DNA of 64,000 nucleotides, taken from positions 868,001 through 932,000 of the forward strand of contig NC_134034.1 of assembly GCF_964204645.1 (NCBI RefSeq), written 5' to 3'. Every line of letters starts with the position of its first letter. Position 1 is the stretch's first letter. Source of the DNA: Tubulanus polymorphus. Lineage: Eukaryota > Animalia > Nemertea. Both the position numbers and the translations under genes were made by a program. Positions 45,649 through 60,149 of the stretch are shown here, in pieces. The notes under the pieces are model-generated. The model saw only the letters and a program-made list of their open reading frames with translations, was not told the DNA's origin and made no database searches.

Positions 45649-48640
45649 AAGAAAGCCTGTTTCTCATTGGGGAACGGAGTAGCCGCCTGGACCGTTATAA
45701 TCATGCCGGATTTCTGCAATGAACTGTCCAACATGATACGGCAGTTTTTACTGAACGAATCGCTGACCCCGGTGACGTCACACGTCGTGCCGATCACCGC
45801 CGAATTGATGACGTCATCGTTTTCGTGGTGGTCGTTAGTGTTGGTCGTATCGTCTGCTAGTAACCACGGTTCGTACTGACTGGTGTACACGTGCGCCGAA
45901 TCATGCTCTCTAAACATGCGGTAGATACTCTCGAAACTCTTGATCACTTTATCGGTTTTGATTTTCTCGTCCGCCTGTACGACGATGACGTAGACCTCGA
46001 GCGGATTATCGGCCGTTCTCGGGTCGGGGATCATCGATATGTCTAACGGCTCGTCGACGGCCGGTAAGATACAGATAGAATCGGGCGCCATAAACAGCGG
46101 TTTCTCGCGCGGTTTTCCCGCTAAAATAACCTCGTTTTTATACCACATTTTCAATTTAGAAGTGACGTCATTGATATCGGTGACGGTCAGGTGACCGGTG
46201 TCCTTGACATTGCTCGATTGAAGCACCTTTTCGGTGATGTGTCCGTGAAAGGCGATTTTATTCGGGCGTCCGTGGGCGGTGAGGATATCGCTGATCTGTT
46301 GGGCACGTTCTTCGCCCTGAAACGTGTTCAGGGCTTGTCCTATTTCGAGCGCGACCGAATAAGAGCCGAACACGGGCACGTCACCCATCTGTTCACCCGT
46401 TATCACGTACGTACCGTAACCGATATACGGCGAAAACGGTCCGTTCTCGTCGGAGATCAAGGCCGCGGCCACCTCCTCGACCATTTTCTCGGCGCCGCAC
46501 GGGAAGTCCAGTAAAGTGCTCGGAATACTTTGAAAGTCAGGTCCGGCGTGAGGCGACATGATCGCCGTCGGCGAAACGGAGAACTTGTCGGCGTACGTGA
46601 TTTGATTGACAAGCGGGACAGATCGCCCCGCCCCGTCGCAGTCGACTATAGACACGCCGTTGATGGCGCTGAGATACAGGGCTGTAGCCATATTGACGGC
46701 GCCCAGTTCACCGGTTAGAATGTACGAGAATTGATTAAAACTGGCGAATCGTGGATAGTTTAAAGGGTCCCTCGAACGGAGGTTACACTGTTGTTGCAAA
46801 TAAAGCAATGTGTTGCGGGCCGCGTTGTTCGGCGTGCGGCCGAGATTCTCGTCGTCAGCGCCACCTAGGTTCACGTCGGGAAAACCGTTACATAAGAACT
46901 TCACGCGCATCACGTGTTTGACGATTTCGTAAAAACTCGGTTTCGGCGATCCGGACTCGCTGCCGTTGAGTAAATCGTCCTGACTACGACTCAACGGCGA
47001 CGTCCGTCGCAAACGATCGGGACTCGTGCGCGGGCTATTTCGCGGACTAACTCGCGGACTGGATTTCGGACTGCCCCACGGACTGATTTTACGGGCCGGA
47101 CGTCGGGTATGGCTGACGCGGCGTTCGTTCTGTACTTTAGACGGAGTTCCGACCAGAGCGATCATCGTCATCCACTCGTCATTACCAACACTCTGCGGGG
47201 GTTCGATACACGCGTAATCATCCTCGAATAGATCATCTAGAATTAATCTGTAAATATACACAAATATACAACAGATCAGTATTAGAGTAACCACCAGGTG
47301 TCGCTAGTGTACAGTAGGTCATCAACTACTGCGGCAAAATGATTCCACTTGTGGCAAGTGAGGATCCACCAGGTGTTGCTAGTGTACAGTAGGACATCAA
47401 CTACTGCGGCAAAGTGATTCCACTTGTGGCAAGTGAGGATCCACCAGGTGTCGCTAGTGTGCAGTAGGATATCAATAGAGGATTCCACCTGTATATAGTG
47501 AGGATCCACTAGGTGTCGCTAGCGTATATCGGAACAACAACGCTCGGATTTTTAACGGTCGGATTATTTCTCGGATTCAATTTTTCTCGAAATGCAACGA
47601 ATGAGGAATATGAATCGCTACAGAGCTACGACAAAACCCTTAAAAGATCAATCCTAGTTTAGCTAGAAAGGTGTGGGTGATTTATCTTCCCTGAATCATT
47701 GTCATCACAGGAATCGATAATGATGACAAATTGATTCTATTCGCTACGGTTTCGGTGTTCAGAATTAGAGATTGAAGGCTTACTATTAATCACATTAAAC
47801 TATTAACAGTAGAAGAGCCCCCTCCCCCTCCCTCCATACACTAATCATAATCAGATTATAACCCATTTCATAGAAATTCAAAAGATCAAGAACGTGATTT
47901 ATTCGTTCATCAAGAATCGAAATCGAAAATGTAAAGTACACAATATTTTGGACTCTTTCTAGTATCGCTGAAACGGATATTTCTTATCCAAATTGCCGAA
48001 CAATTTGCTCGATTCAAAATTTAAATGATCTATTTACAAATTCAGCCAATGAAATACGTCGTGGAAAATAGTGAAAGTTTCCATTTCTAATATTCTTGAT
48101 GGAATAGATTAGATTTTTAGTCTTTTAAATTTGTATAGAGTGGATTTCCAATCTTAATTCTCCACGTTTAAGACACGCGTGGCCGCGCTCTCTCGATTAA
48201 GGTATCATCGATTAGCTTAAGATTAATTTAGATATTTTCGAATCTTGATGGATGAATTTAGTTTTTAATCTTTTAAATTCTAATATATCAAGGTTGGTTC
48301 TAATGTTAGTATCACCCCCCTCCCCCACGTCCATGAGTTAGTGTTACCATTCTCCTAAGTATCAAGTCATATCATAACTTAAGATATTTTTGGTTATCGA
48401 AAGAAAAATTTCTTTTTTTTTAATCTTCTAAATTTGTATGAAATGAATTTTTTCACATTAACTTATCAAAAGTGACTTAAAAAGAACCGATATCTATTTA
48501 CTTTCGAGACTGGAAGCTTGAATTGTCGTCAATCGTTAATCTTACCTTGAGAAATGTAAGGGTCCTCCGCCTCCGCAGGCGAGCACTACCGCCCCCTGGA
48601 GGACTAAATCACATTCGTCGCGGTTTAGCTGTCGACTCAT
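45642..48640 (-). CDS. Stand-alone DUF917-family protein (thiohydantoin desulfurase-like), 2 coding exons, ~566 aa
   Basis: Exon 48546-48640 (MSRQLNRDECDLVLQGAVVLACGGGGP) splices in phase to 45642-47247. DUF917 hallmarks: GAxxLxxGGGG, VGTP, GELGAVN, IVDCDGAGRSVP, GSYSVALEIG, FHGHI, DTG, WYKNE, APDSI. Confidence 0.85.
47290..47525. repeat. ~78-bp intronic tandem repeat (about 3 copies)
   Basis: CCACCAGGTGTCGCTAGTGTACAGTAGG...GATTCCACTTGTGGCAAGTGAGGAT repeated. Confidence 0.85.
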
Positions 48641-50463
48641 TGTTCGTCGGCCTGAAAATATAAGAAGAAAATAAATGCATGAATAACAAGTTTTAGATGA
48701 AATACAATCAAGTCTGGACTCTCTCGAGTCCTAGAGTCATTTGTGTAGCGCCCAGCGGGTGTAGAAAGATGCTAGAATCCCTAAATCTATTTTCCTAGGA
48801 GCGGTTTCACTTTGTTACAGTGTGTGCGGTTAAATATCTCAACCACAATTTTACGTTTCTTAATGTCGTTTGTTCGCAACATTAATTGGAGAAAACCGTT
48901 TCATACGCGAAATTCAATTCTCGACGTTGTTTGCGTAATTGCCCTTTCTGCTAGGTTTGGAGCCGCCCTTTAAAACGCCGACACGCCGTCTCTAAAGACG
49001 AGTTAAAACTCTTGGTTGGTTAATGAAAAATGACAAATCCAGTCTCAGTAGTGCGTGTGTGCGTGTGTGCGTGTGGACTTTCACGAGTGAAATGTCGTTA
49101 TTAGTGATTAACTCGATGAACTGATATAAGATAGTGTTTGCGTAACACATGTGGATAATCATCGAATTACATCGAATACTGTCTCCATTCGCGATGTGGT
49201 TTACACATTCAGAAATTAAAATCATACGCGTATACTCAGAAATTGATATCAGATCTACTGCAGTTAAAGGTCACCTATCCACTGTGTGGCGCGCGAGTGT
49301 TACTAAAGAATAGTGTTATGGTTTGGATAAGCTACATTACCATTAGGGACACCTAAATTGTAGTCGCTCCAGAAACTGTTTTGTTAGTTTAGGCATATAG
49401 AACTTACTTGGTCTAAGACTTTTCTCAAATCTAAGCAACAACTAACATGTAACTATAATACATCAACCGATTCGGGATGTCCCGAAACATGTCGTAATAA
49501 AAGGGAACTGGCGACTATGATTGAGTACTCACTTGTGTCCAGATGAAAGTTTCTCCTATAACTAGTCCCAGTTATCACTATACAACCCATTATGAATACG
49601 TTAATTAATGAAATCAGTGGCGCTAATTAAATCCTGGTCAATGACAGTGATGACCTACCCCCTATCTAGACTTATTGTAGCCGAGAATAGCCTCTTCACA
49701 CAGAGCGGTCGTTTTCATTATCGCCCTAAACCGTTCATTATCACACCGCCCGCCGACTGATCTATGACGCGTGTTCTTTTAACCTTTATCAATCGGAACC
49801 GGGCTATCGCTATAAATAAACACCGGTCACGATCCGCCGGGTCGAATGACCAAACCGATATCGATCGATTAGAGAGCGACCGACACGCCACCTAGTAGCC
49901 GCAATCGACAATACACTAGATAAGATCGTACTGTGATACATTTATCGCGAATAATGCCTTAGAGCGTCCATTTCATATGCTATAACGAATTAGTTTTAAT
50001 AATCGAGTTTCTCCATGTTTGGTTACCTTGTCCGTCCAAAACGTTTGAATCGAATTACACGTTTAGTCAATACAAACAAAACTCTGATGACAACTTTTCG
50101 ACACTTTTTAAACGATGACTTTTTGAATGTGAAACGGGTGAAAAAATTGTCAAGAAAATGAAATCAGAAACTTCATTTCACACCGATTAGTTCAGTTAGA
50201 ATAAATAATAAGTAATTTCTGCCCTAAAGTTACAGTTCGATTCGTAAGATTCAGTAAGATCATTCATAAGTATCATCACAAAATATTTCATCTTTCAATT
50301 TATTTTACGTTTAATTTCCTTACATTCTCTACACCTTTCGTATATTCCCTTTTTGTATGAATTTATTAATAAAATAAAAATCATCCAAAAAAAATCTTAA
50401 TATTCTTTTAAAACAATATCAGATGGATGACGATATTTTCCATTAAGATTATGATTTACTTAC

Positions 50464-50595
50464 TGGGAATCACGTAGTCAAACATATCGCCTGATGTATA
50501 AAACTCTCTCTCTTTCTGTGAGCTGTCGTCTGCTGGTGATGTTAGCGTTGTTTATGTTTGGCAGACGATGCGATATTCAGCTGTATTTATACTGG
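50464..50595 (-). promoter_or_regulatory. Candidate TATA promoter and non-coding first exon of the DUF917 gene
   Basis: TATAAATA on - at 50584-50591, GTAAGT donor at 50463, and a downstream acceptor TTTTCAG at ~48652 just before the ATG. Confidence 0.5.
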
Positions 50596-51214
50596 ATATC
50601 GCAGTGTCAGTGATGACGCATGCGCGCTGGGGGAGGAGACAATGCGCGCGTCAATCGCTAATCGATTTTAACCTAGCAACATCAAAACATTATAAACAAC
50701 TCCCCGTCGCTATATTTCACGTGAATTATTGATTTTTAAATATATCGTTTTAGGTCCAGTTTGTATCCGGCGAGTGGGTGAAGTGGAGAGCCTTACGAAT
50801 CGTTTATTGATAGCGGTTTAAAACGTCCTATAAAACCAATACAAGTCCTTTTGGAAAGTTTCGAGACCCCCAATTCATTATATCCATCATGGTTATCATT
50901 CTTATATTATCATTATGATAAATTATAATTATTAGAATTATATATAACCATCATAATTATCATTATAATTATCATGGGGACTTTTTCCGTCTGATCCAAT
51001 AAGAATATCCGTTACCAGCAGGACCGTGTGGTGGGAAAACAATCAAATCAAATCAAATCAAATCAAATCATACGAAATCTACCAATCAAATAAATAAAAG
51101 GGTTTATCCCTATTTTATACCAATCAATCTATAGAAATATTATGCTTTTCAACTTTTTCAAGAGATTTGAAAATTCACTTTCGTTCAACCGATTTTCGAA
51201 CTAACAGTGCGCGG

Positions 51215-51560
51215 GTGGATGACGTCATCGGTGTGAAGAGGGATATCCCGCTTTCACTTGTCGGTATCGATCTATTCTCGAGTATGCGCGGCTGCGACGT
51301 CGAGAGATCTCAGGTACTCTACCTCGGTCCTCTCTAGTTCGGATTACGTGATATAGCGCACGCGCCGACGTTACGGTTAGATCCACTACTCGAGAGCAGA
51401 TCGCGGTCGGATTACGCTCGATGACGTCATCGACGGCGGTGACGTCACGCCACCCGTTGCCGGTGAATTAATCTCGGGCTCGACCACGTGACACGCGTGG
51501 ATCAAAGGATTATCGGTTGGTGGCAATTACTGTCGGATTGGTTAAGTATATAAGCCGGCT
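51215..51560 (+). promoter_or_regulatory. CpG-rich CRE/CCAAT/TATA promoter-like module
   Basis: Perfect TGACGTCA at 51220, 51422 and 51440; CACGTG at ~51485; ATTGG at 51537; TATATAA at 51547. Confidence 0.5.
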
Positions 51561-54500
51561 AGTGACAGTGATAACAGGATTAGCCGGCAGTGTCTGTGGG
51601 ATTCTGATTGAGCCGTTTATGAAGCAGTTGAAGTGTTTGACACTTTCTCAGAAATCCGTCCGAAAATAAACATCAAAATAGTACAAACATTTCGTTCATT
51701 CATACCTCAAAAAACATGTACCGGGTACCGACGCGCTCAGCTAAAATTCATTGAGCTGCCACCCAGGCCTGTGCCACCGAGCTTTTGTGGGCTGAGCAGT
51801 TCTCAAGAATAATGACACTTTTTAATTGCCGAACAATTGCCGAACGGTTGCCCGAATAAATCATTTTAGAATGGATAACTTTTCATTTTTGCCAAAAAAA
51901 TTATGAAAAACTTAACCCAACCTTTTGGTTTTTTGAAGGGGTTAAAATTCAGTTGTTAAGCGCGAGCAGTTTTGATACGTCTCGTGAAACTTGGACAAAA
52001 TCCAAAATGGTCGCTTTACTGGGAACTAGTTTTATAGGGAGAGGCCGTACTATAATATCGACTACGTTCTTTTTTTCGATTTGACCCACTTATCGATTTT
52101 CAATATTACGGACGCTGATGAAATACGCGCCGTAGTTTGGAACCGATCCAAAACCACCTGACAATTTACGACGAGGCCAAACGAATACGGTTATTCGTTT
52201 GCCATCTTGATTTCTGGTTTCGTAGTGAAGTATTTGAAACTGTGTTTTTCTCCGTTGCTTTAGTTTTCATTGAATCAGCAAAACTTGACTCCACGTACCT
52301 TCCGAGACGTTGCCATGACGTCAGCGCCTAATTTGCATTACAAAATCAAGTAGGCGGCGCCACGTTACGGTGCGCGGAGGCCGCACCTCAGCAGTTTATA
52401 AATGAGAACTTAATAAGTTAATTTTAAGATGATATAAGAAATGATTAAAGATCTATTTGTGGAAAGAGTCATTGCGAACAAACTGATGCGTTTTGAAAAT
52501 CGATGAAATCATTATTAAGAGAAATTGCAAATCAAAAACTCGCAAGGATAGGTCGTATGAAACCTGGGTCGTGCCGATTGGAATAAACGATGTATTCACT
52601 GTGTTCGGCCTATTGAACTATCTCCAGTTACGAGCGTTCATCGTATTTCATTCATGAGTCGTCAGTGGCACACAGCTGGTCCTATAGGCTTCCCTAACAC
52701 ACCGCGCCTGCCTGCCAGCTCGCCAGCTTGCGCGCGTGTCTGATGATGTTGTCTAAACAGTAGGGATTGGTTTTAATTGTTTGTTATATATCGATTATGA
52801 AAAGTATGTTCACGCTGTCAGGAAAGTGTGAAAATGATCTATAGCGCGCGTAAGAGATTAAAAATGACGACGGGTTTTATACGACAGCTGACGCCAAAAA
52901 ACGGCATCGTGTCTTCAGACATTTCAGACGACATTTTCTCAGAAATCTCACGATTCTTACTATATTCACACCGATTGAGACCCGACATGCTGTGCCCAGT
53001 AGGAGAAATCTACTGTAATGTCTTATATTTCAACGTTGCGAAAAAAGACTTTTTGAGATCCTTAAATACAGTAAATTTGAGTAGAAATCAATATTTAAGT
53101 TCAGCAATGTTTCTGTTTGAAATAGACCTTTAGTGTCTCACTGATGAGACCGTCCTGCTGTTAATTTTGAAGTAACCAATTTAGCAATAAGACCAAATTT
53201 CTTTAAACTTAGTCGTATAACTAGAAATTGAGGTGAGGTTTGTCCTCATTGATAACAAGAAGTAAGCCACAATTTTGGTTACAAAGTGTTATCGAACGCA
53301 TGAAACTGGACCCGAGCATGACCAGCGTCATACGATCAACAGACCAGACGGACCACCCTGCACGACTGGTCTCAAATTATTGTAATACCAGACGACAACG
53401 AGATGAAGGACCACTGCGCGACTGGTCTGAAATAACTTTTTTAATCTACAGTAACGCGATAGCACTGATATAAATTAATGATTAATCAATATTAATTAAT
53501 TAATTAACGAATGATGAGTATATCGATGACGGCGTCCGGTATCCAGGCGAGCGATGGCTATTTAGCTGTGGACGTTATCCGGTATCCTGGCGAGCGAAGA
53601 CTACATTTAGCCGTGGACGTAAACAATATGCAACGGATTCAGAGATTTTCAGTTTAAAGATGGCGGATGTATCCTTCTTATAGGCTTCGACTGAACGTGA
53701 CGTGTGACGGTTTTAAATATCAGTTCCAGGGTTATAGTTTACGATATACTGATAACGAAGATTACATACAAGTCGTTTTACGCATCTTGGTGTTAAACAC
53801 TGCGTTGAATAATAACTCAAGACTTATTTTCAACTTTCTATATTTCCCATCCAGCTAAATTTTATTATACCCTTATATTACAAACGAACCACATAAAGCG
53901 CTCTGTATAAAAAGTCTCTATTTGATCCCGTGCTGAGTTTACCGTTTATATATATATATATTTATACAACGTTGAGCTGAAAGTTTATTGCGGTTTTTTA
54001 GACGCGTTTTTTGACCGCGAGCCAAATGTGTTACTAAAACAGAGGCGGCTCTTTATAGTAGTTCATCTTAAAGATGAAAGGGATGAAATGTAACTCGACC
54101 CTGCAGCTGTATCCAGCATCCGGATTGCCGTTGAGGTAACCACGTGACCCCACGCGTTTCCGGCTATTTGCATATTTTCGCCTGCGTTTTGTGGTCACAT
54201 AATTTGAATAAAATGATTTTATCGAATATATGATGATGATAACAAAATAGATTGGGATAGAATGTTCCGAATAATGCATGTTTAACAATGCCCACGCAGT
54301 CAGGGTTGGATCTAGGGTCCGATTCAGGAAGGGTTGCATTCCCACAATAGGACACATCCAATTTCAAAAAGGACCCGGTTCGAGAGCTCTTCGCAAAAAC
54401 AATAGCATTTTTTTTTCTCGAAAAACAGACAAACTTATGAATTTGAAATTTTTTAGGCATCAGTTTAATATTTTTCATTTCCCCCGTAAATATTCAGTGG

Positions 54501-54739
54501 GGTAACTTGACATTTTAAGTGGTGCGCGCCCCTACACCTCCCCTTGAATGCGCCTCAATTCCACCCACCCATCAGTTCCACGATATCCATCAGTTCCACA
54601 TATCCACCAGTCCCACATATTTCCCGTGTTGAATGTTTAGATGTTGTTGATTCAGTAATTAGATTAAGATAGCGATAAAACGATGTGAAAACTCTACAGT
54701 CGCGGGTGATGACCTACAAATATTGTTTACCCGTACATA

Positions 54740-54928
<189 letters not shown>

Positions 54929-57900
54929 CCCTTTTATAGTTCGGGAGACACAGGAAATAAATAATTCACGAATTATAGACAAACCCACTTTTTATCTCTC
55001 TTCAATAGAACATCGTTTATCCCACAACAATGTCCAGTAAAATGGTGCAGTCATATAGCTTATATTTTTAAGACCAGTCTAAGCTCATTTTGGTTCTATA
55101 ATTAAACAATCTAAAAACTTAAGACCAGTCTAGGTTTATTTTAGTTCTATAACCAATCTAACAACTGAAGACCAGTCTAAGCTTATTTTGGTTCTATAAA
55201 CAATCTAAAAACTTAAGACCAGTCTAAGCTCATTTTAGTTCTATAACCAATCTAACAACTGAAGACCAGTCCTAACTCGCCTGACCAAATCTAACACCTT
55301 TAGACCAGTCTAAGCTTATTTTAGTTCTATAACCAATCTAACAAATCAAGACATGTCTTGAGATTCAAGAAACCTTTGGATCAATGAATCAAGTCCGATT
55401 TCTTTTTCTAATGAAATCAAATGCGTGAGTAACCCAAGTATCTCGTGTCTGTTAACAGGGCATGAATTCATAGGTATTCACAACAAAGTTCAGTGTTTTA
55501 GATAACAAAAAAATAACTTAATTACCTGCGAGGTCATCAGACTGAATGATAAATCCAGCACGCACACGGCGCACGCAGGCGCACGCCGCGCACAGTTATG
55601 ATAATTGCTTCGATCGCAATTTTACAATCATTATTATCCCGTAACTAATTAGGATAAAAAACAACAAACAGTCAGAGGCGACAATTTTGATTACGAATGA
55701 ATGTCTCTATCTCCTCGCTGCCCTATAACCATTGGTAAGCATTATAAAATCCCTGCACATTAAGAATAAAAAAGATCGTCTGAAATGTTTCCTTGAGCTA
55801 GTGTAGTTCACTTAACGTTCCGATCATAAAATCCTGATATTCATCTCCAGGAATACTAGGTGTTTTATCTCCTAATTAGTCTCTGTGCTCTGAATACACG
55901 TGTACTCCTGAAGATGACCATTAAAACAAAACGTCGAAACATTGCGTAACCTATTAGCTCTTAATGAAACATATCTGACTCAGGTACTTCTCATTCCGAC
56001 TGAGGCTGCAGGTTTTTATCTGATCACCGATTTGTCGGTGGTGTGTCGGTGTCCTGTGAACTATTGATATGATATTGACTCATATTTTACCGGTAACCCG
56101 ATGAGTCGCCTGCGTGTCTGTCCGTGCGGCTGCACCCGTTTCAACCAGCGCCGAGAACCGGAGCCATCCGCCCCTTCGAGCACCGAACGCCCGAGCCGTG
56201 CCGCCCCTTTCCTCTTAACGATTCTTCGGCCTTACTCAGCTCACAAATGATTTCGTAGGCTTTTGAGATACACTTTCATTTTTCGATAAGACACTCATAT
56301 AGCGGTATAGCTTGCCTTATATAGCTCACAATATCGTGCAATTTTGTGATATAGCATACTTAAACATTCTTACACTCTTAGAGGTATTTTGTATCGTGTG
56401 GTTTTATGATGTACTTAAAACATTTTTCAATATTATTTGAGGAGCTCAGATTAGACACACCTATTTATAGTGAGCTGACGGGCGGACCCAGTTCCACTTA
56501 TGAGTCACTAATTTGACCCTACATGTGAAACATTGGAAAAATAAATGGAGCTCAACCGACATCACAGTAGAACTGAAGGCCCTGGACCCAGTTCCACAGT
56601 TATGAGTTAAGACTAGAATTAGGGTAGAAGGATTCAAGATGAATTCATTTTGATTCCAAAGAATCGAATTTAACGATCCACTCAGCGACAGAGTCGTCAA
56701 CTGTGCAGGTGGAACTGGATCCATGGTTCATACTTAAGTCCAAAATTGCTCTTAAATCTAAAGACTGGTCTCAAGTTGTTAGGATTGGCTATAGAACTCG
56801 CGGACCTGGACTGGTTCAACTACGGAGTCGGCCTGTGATTTCTGATCCAATGTTGAATTCCCACCAAGAACTGTGGAAATTGGGTTTGACGTATGTTTAA
56901 GTCTAATGTCATTGGACCCGTATTCACAAAATTCTATATGAATACGGGGTCCGATTACAATACACTGTACAGTTTGAATATCGGGTGTTTCAATATCAGG
57001 AGAATCCACACTATTCTCACATCATCGCTGACGAAAAAAACTACTTCAATTGCAGCCGATATTTACAAGCGGGGCTCTCTCGCCACTTGTTATCAATGGA
57101 CACCATGGAAACTAAATGATTAAACGTTTTCGCCCCGCTCTTCGAAATCCATTATTGTAATAGATATCTAATGGTTATTTGTTTAAAGGTTTCTAGTATC
57201 GGGGAACCATATCGCATCTCCAGCCAAAATAACATTTGGGATTTCGGTAATGAAATGATGCATTTGAGTTTATGTTTTGAAAATCTATATATAGCCCCAA
57301 GGTTCCTTCGTTAAGTTTGAAATGTCAGAAAAATTAAAATTTGACCAGAAGCGATCTAGGACCCGTTTCCACGGTTACGTATCCACATGTTTGAGTAAAC
57401 TCCGAGTTGAGATAAGCTCATTTTCATTACACAGTCAAATTCCAACTCACTGTGGACTGGCCACTTCCCGAAAAATTGGTTAAAGTTAACCAGTGGATAG
57501 TTGACAAGAGTTAACCAGTGGATAGCGGACCAGTGGATATTCATCCACTAGTTATCTTTGCGCGACCTTTGAGCAACTGGCCCCCGGTTTACACCGTTGG
57601 ATATCGATGGTTTTTAAGAGGTGGTGAAGGGCGGTGGCTCTGGTAAAGTGTTTCAGACAACTCTGTTCGCATATCGTATAGCTATCATTATCGATACGAC
57701 TAATTCTGATACATAAACTACGGACCGGAAATGATTTTATAGCCACTTATTTGACAAGGGATTCACAGTAACCAATGGCAGCGCTAAAACGATCAGATTA
57801 TTTATACAACAATGATGACGGTTTGTCACGAACGATTCAAAATGCAGACTGATATATTCTCGGGCCATGTGTCGGTTCCGATACCATTAAAATTGATTAG

Positions 57901-60149
57901 TCCATTAAATTATAAATTAAGTCATTCGATAATATATTGAATATCGATATCGTTTCTAAACGTTCTGAATGGTTATTGTATATGCAGATAGCAATTTAGA
58001 CAGGAAATGTCTGCGTGTGGGTGGTGGCTGCGGGGGTGTCGCCGTTTCTAGCACGAAAGTTCCGCAGTGTCATTAAACAAGGTTAGTTACTTATCTGACC
58101 TCTTAGATACGAACCTCCCGTACACCTGGAGGCCACTTTCGCAACAAAGACGATTAAATATTTTCGATTAATGATAAACTTGAGTTAGAAAATCGATTTT
58201 GGAGTTGCTATCGTTTTGGAGGGGGCTGGAATTTCGCGGATCGGAATTCGTAGCACGAATAGAATGTCAAATCGTGGTCTAGATAATTACAATTAAGATA
58301 AGAAAGCTTTCTAATCTTTCACTTCGTTCATTTTTGTAGATAATTTTCTCCAACATGAAACATAAAGCGCTTACTATATCATGTTTTCTTGGGAATGAAT
58401 TGAATTGATTGGAATAGTTGATGACAGTTTCCTGGTTTGAATATGATTGATATTATAGTTGATAATATTCACATCAGTGATTTATTTATCTAAAACAGGT
58501 GTTTTTTCTCATGTTTAACAGAATCAATCATTAGCCGTATTTGAACCTATATAGTTAATCACAGCTGTCTCCAAATGGTTACTGTTTAGATTCATTAGAA
58601 AGTTAGATTTTATATTTCCTTCGATAACTTTGAAGTCCGCTCTACTGAAGATGAATGACGCAATTGAATACTAAAAATTCACGAAGTTGAAAGTTTGCTG
58701 TTTAACCCTAATTAAACGTTTAGAAAAGAACTATTTCCAACAGTCGAACGGAACAAATCATCATTGGCCTCATCATGATAGAAACAGCTATAACACTGAC
58801 GATCAATATCAGCAGAATTAACATCGTTAGATCAATGCGTTAATTTAGAATTCTATTTAATTCGTTTGTAAAGTGTATTAATAATCGTAATTCAAACGAC
58901 TCGAAAACAGAAACAGAAATATCCGGTATTACATCGATTACATAAGAAACTTTTTAAGTTATCCTGAATTACTCTGTAATCCGCATAAATAATGATTACG
59001 TTTAAGTTCCGTTAAGTTGCAAACTTCAGTTGGTCAAAACCTGTAAAACGTTAACCAGTCGATAGTTAACATCGTAGCAACTAAAACTACATGGTTTCTA
59101 TATATTGAATTTATCCGCCAGTTATCTTGCACAAACTTTTGACCAACAACTGCAACCCTCTTGCTCATCCATCCTTATCAGAAATTTAAAAACTCTTCAT
59201 AACAATAAGAAGATTTAAGCGTTTGCTCACCTTTGAAACCAGTTGAAAAGAAATATCTCGCAGTTTTTTTAAAACAAACAACTCTCAGAAAAATCCGACT
59301 TTGACCGTGCAATGCAGTAATTATTGTCACCTCCGGGTGATGTGTCTGGCTGCATGCAGCAGTAGTAACTATTAATTGTTCGCACTGCAGCCCCGTTTAT
59401 TTATACCGATACACACACGCGTTTATTTTTACCCCAATCGGAAATTCCCTTTATCGTGACTAATCGGCAAGTTCCGGAAAACCGATTGTCGTCTTGACAC
59501 GCGGCGCATGCGCACTAGTACGACGCGTGTAATTGCACTTAATCAAAAAGTTCCATAAATGTATGTATATATGGGATCGGAATGTAGGAGATCGCGGCCT
59601 GAGTGACACAGTACTGACTGACTGCTAGCCTTTGTTTGATAACAACCCGCTCTTTCACCTCCATTGATGACACAGCGATCGCGCGCGCCGACAGCGCTGT
59701 CATCCGCTATTAAAATTCCTCAACGCCATAAAACTATTTGTTTTAAATATTATCGATGATGCGATATTAATACGCTATTGAAGGTACTTAGAACCATTGC
59801 ATAGCACAAGGTGTGGGACATATCGCGGAACACGTGACGTGTGCTAATATTTACTATTTAGACAATCAACGACCTCCGTGTAAAGCGCAATCGGTGGTGA
59901 CAAAACAAAATTCCGAAATTCAAAAACTTTATTGAAGTGATTAACATCGTGGCCGTTTCGGCTTTTGAACTTCTGTGGAGAAATCCTACGAGAAAATTGA
60001 CGTTTAGATTCAATTCTTGCGAGCCGTTTTTAAAAGACTAAGAAAGTAGTGACGTTGAGACTCAATTCTGAGAGCCATTTTCAAAACATGTTTCGAAAAT
60101 GGCTGAATTTGAAATAAACTGTCAAGAACTGTAAAACTGAGTCATAAAA

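Noticed and set aside
45642-47294. Bacterial contamination as the origin of the DUF917 ORF
   Set aside because: It has a canonical in-phase spliceosomal intron and neighbours repeat families found elsewhere in this animal window.
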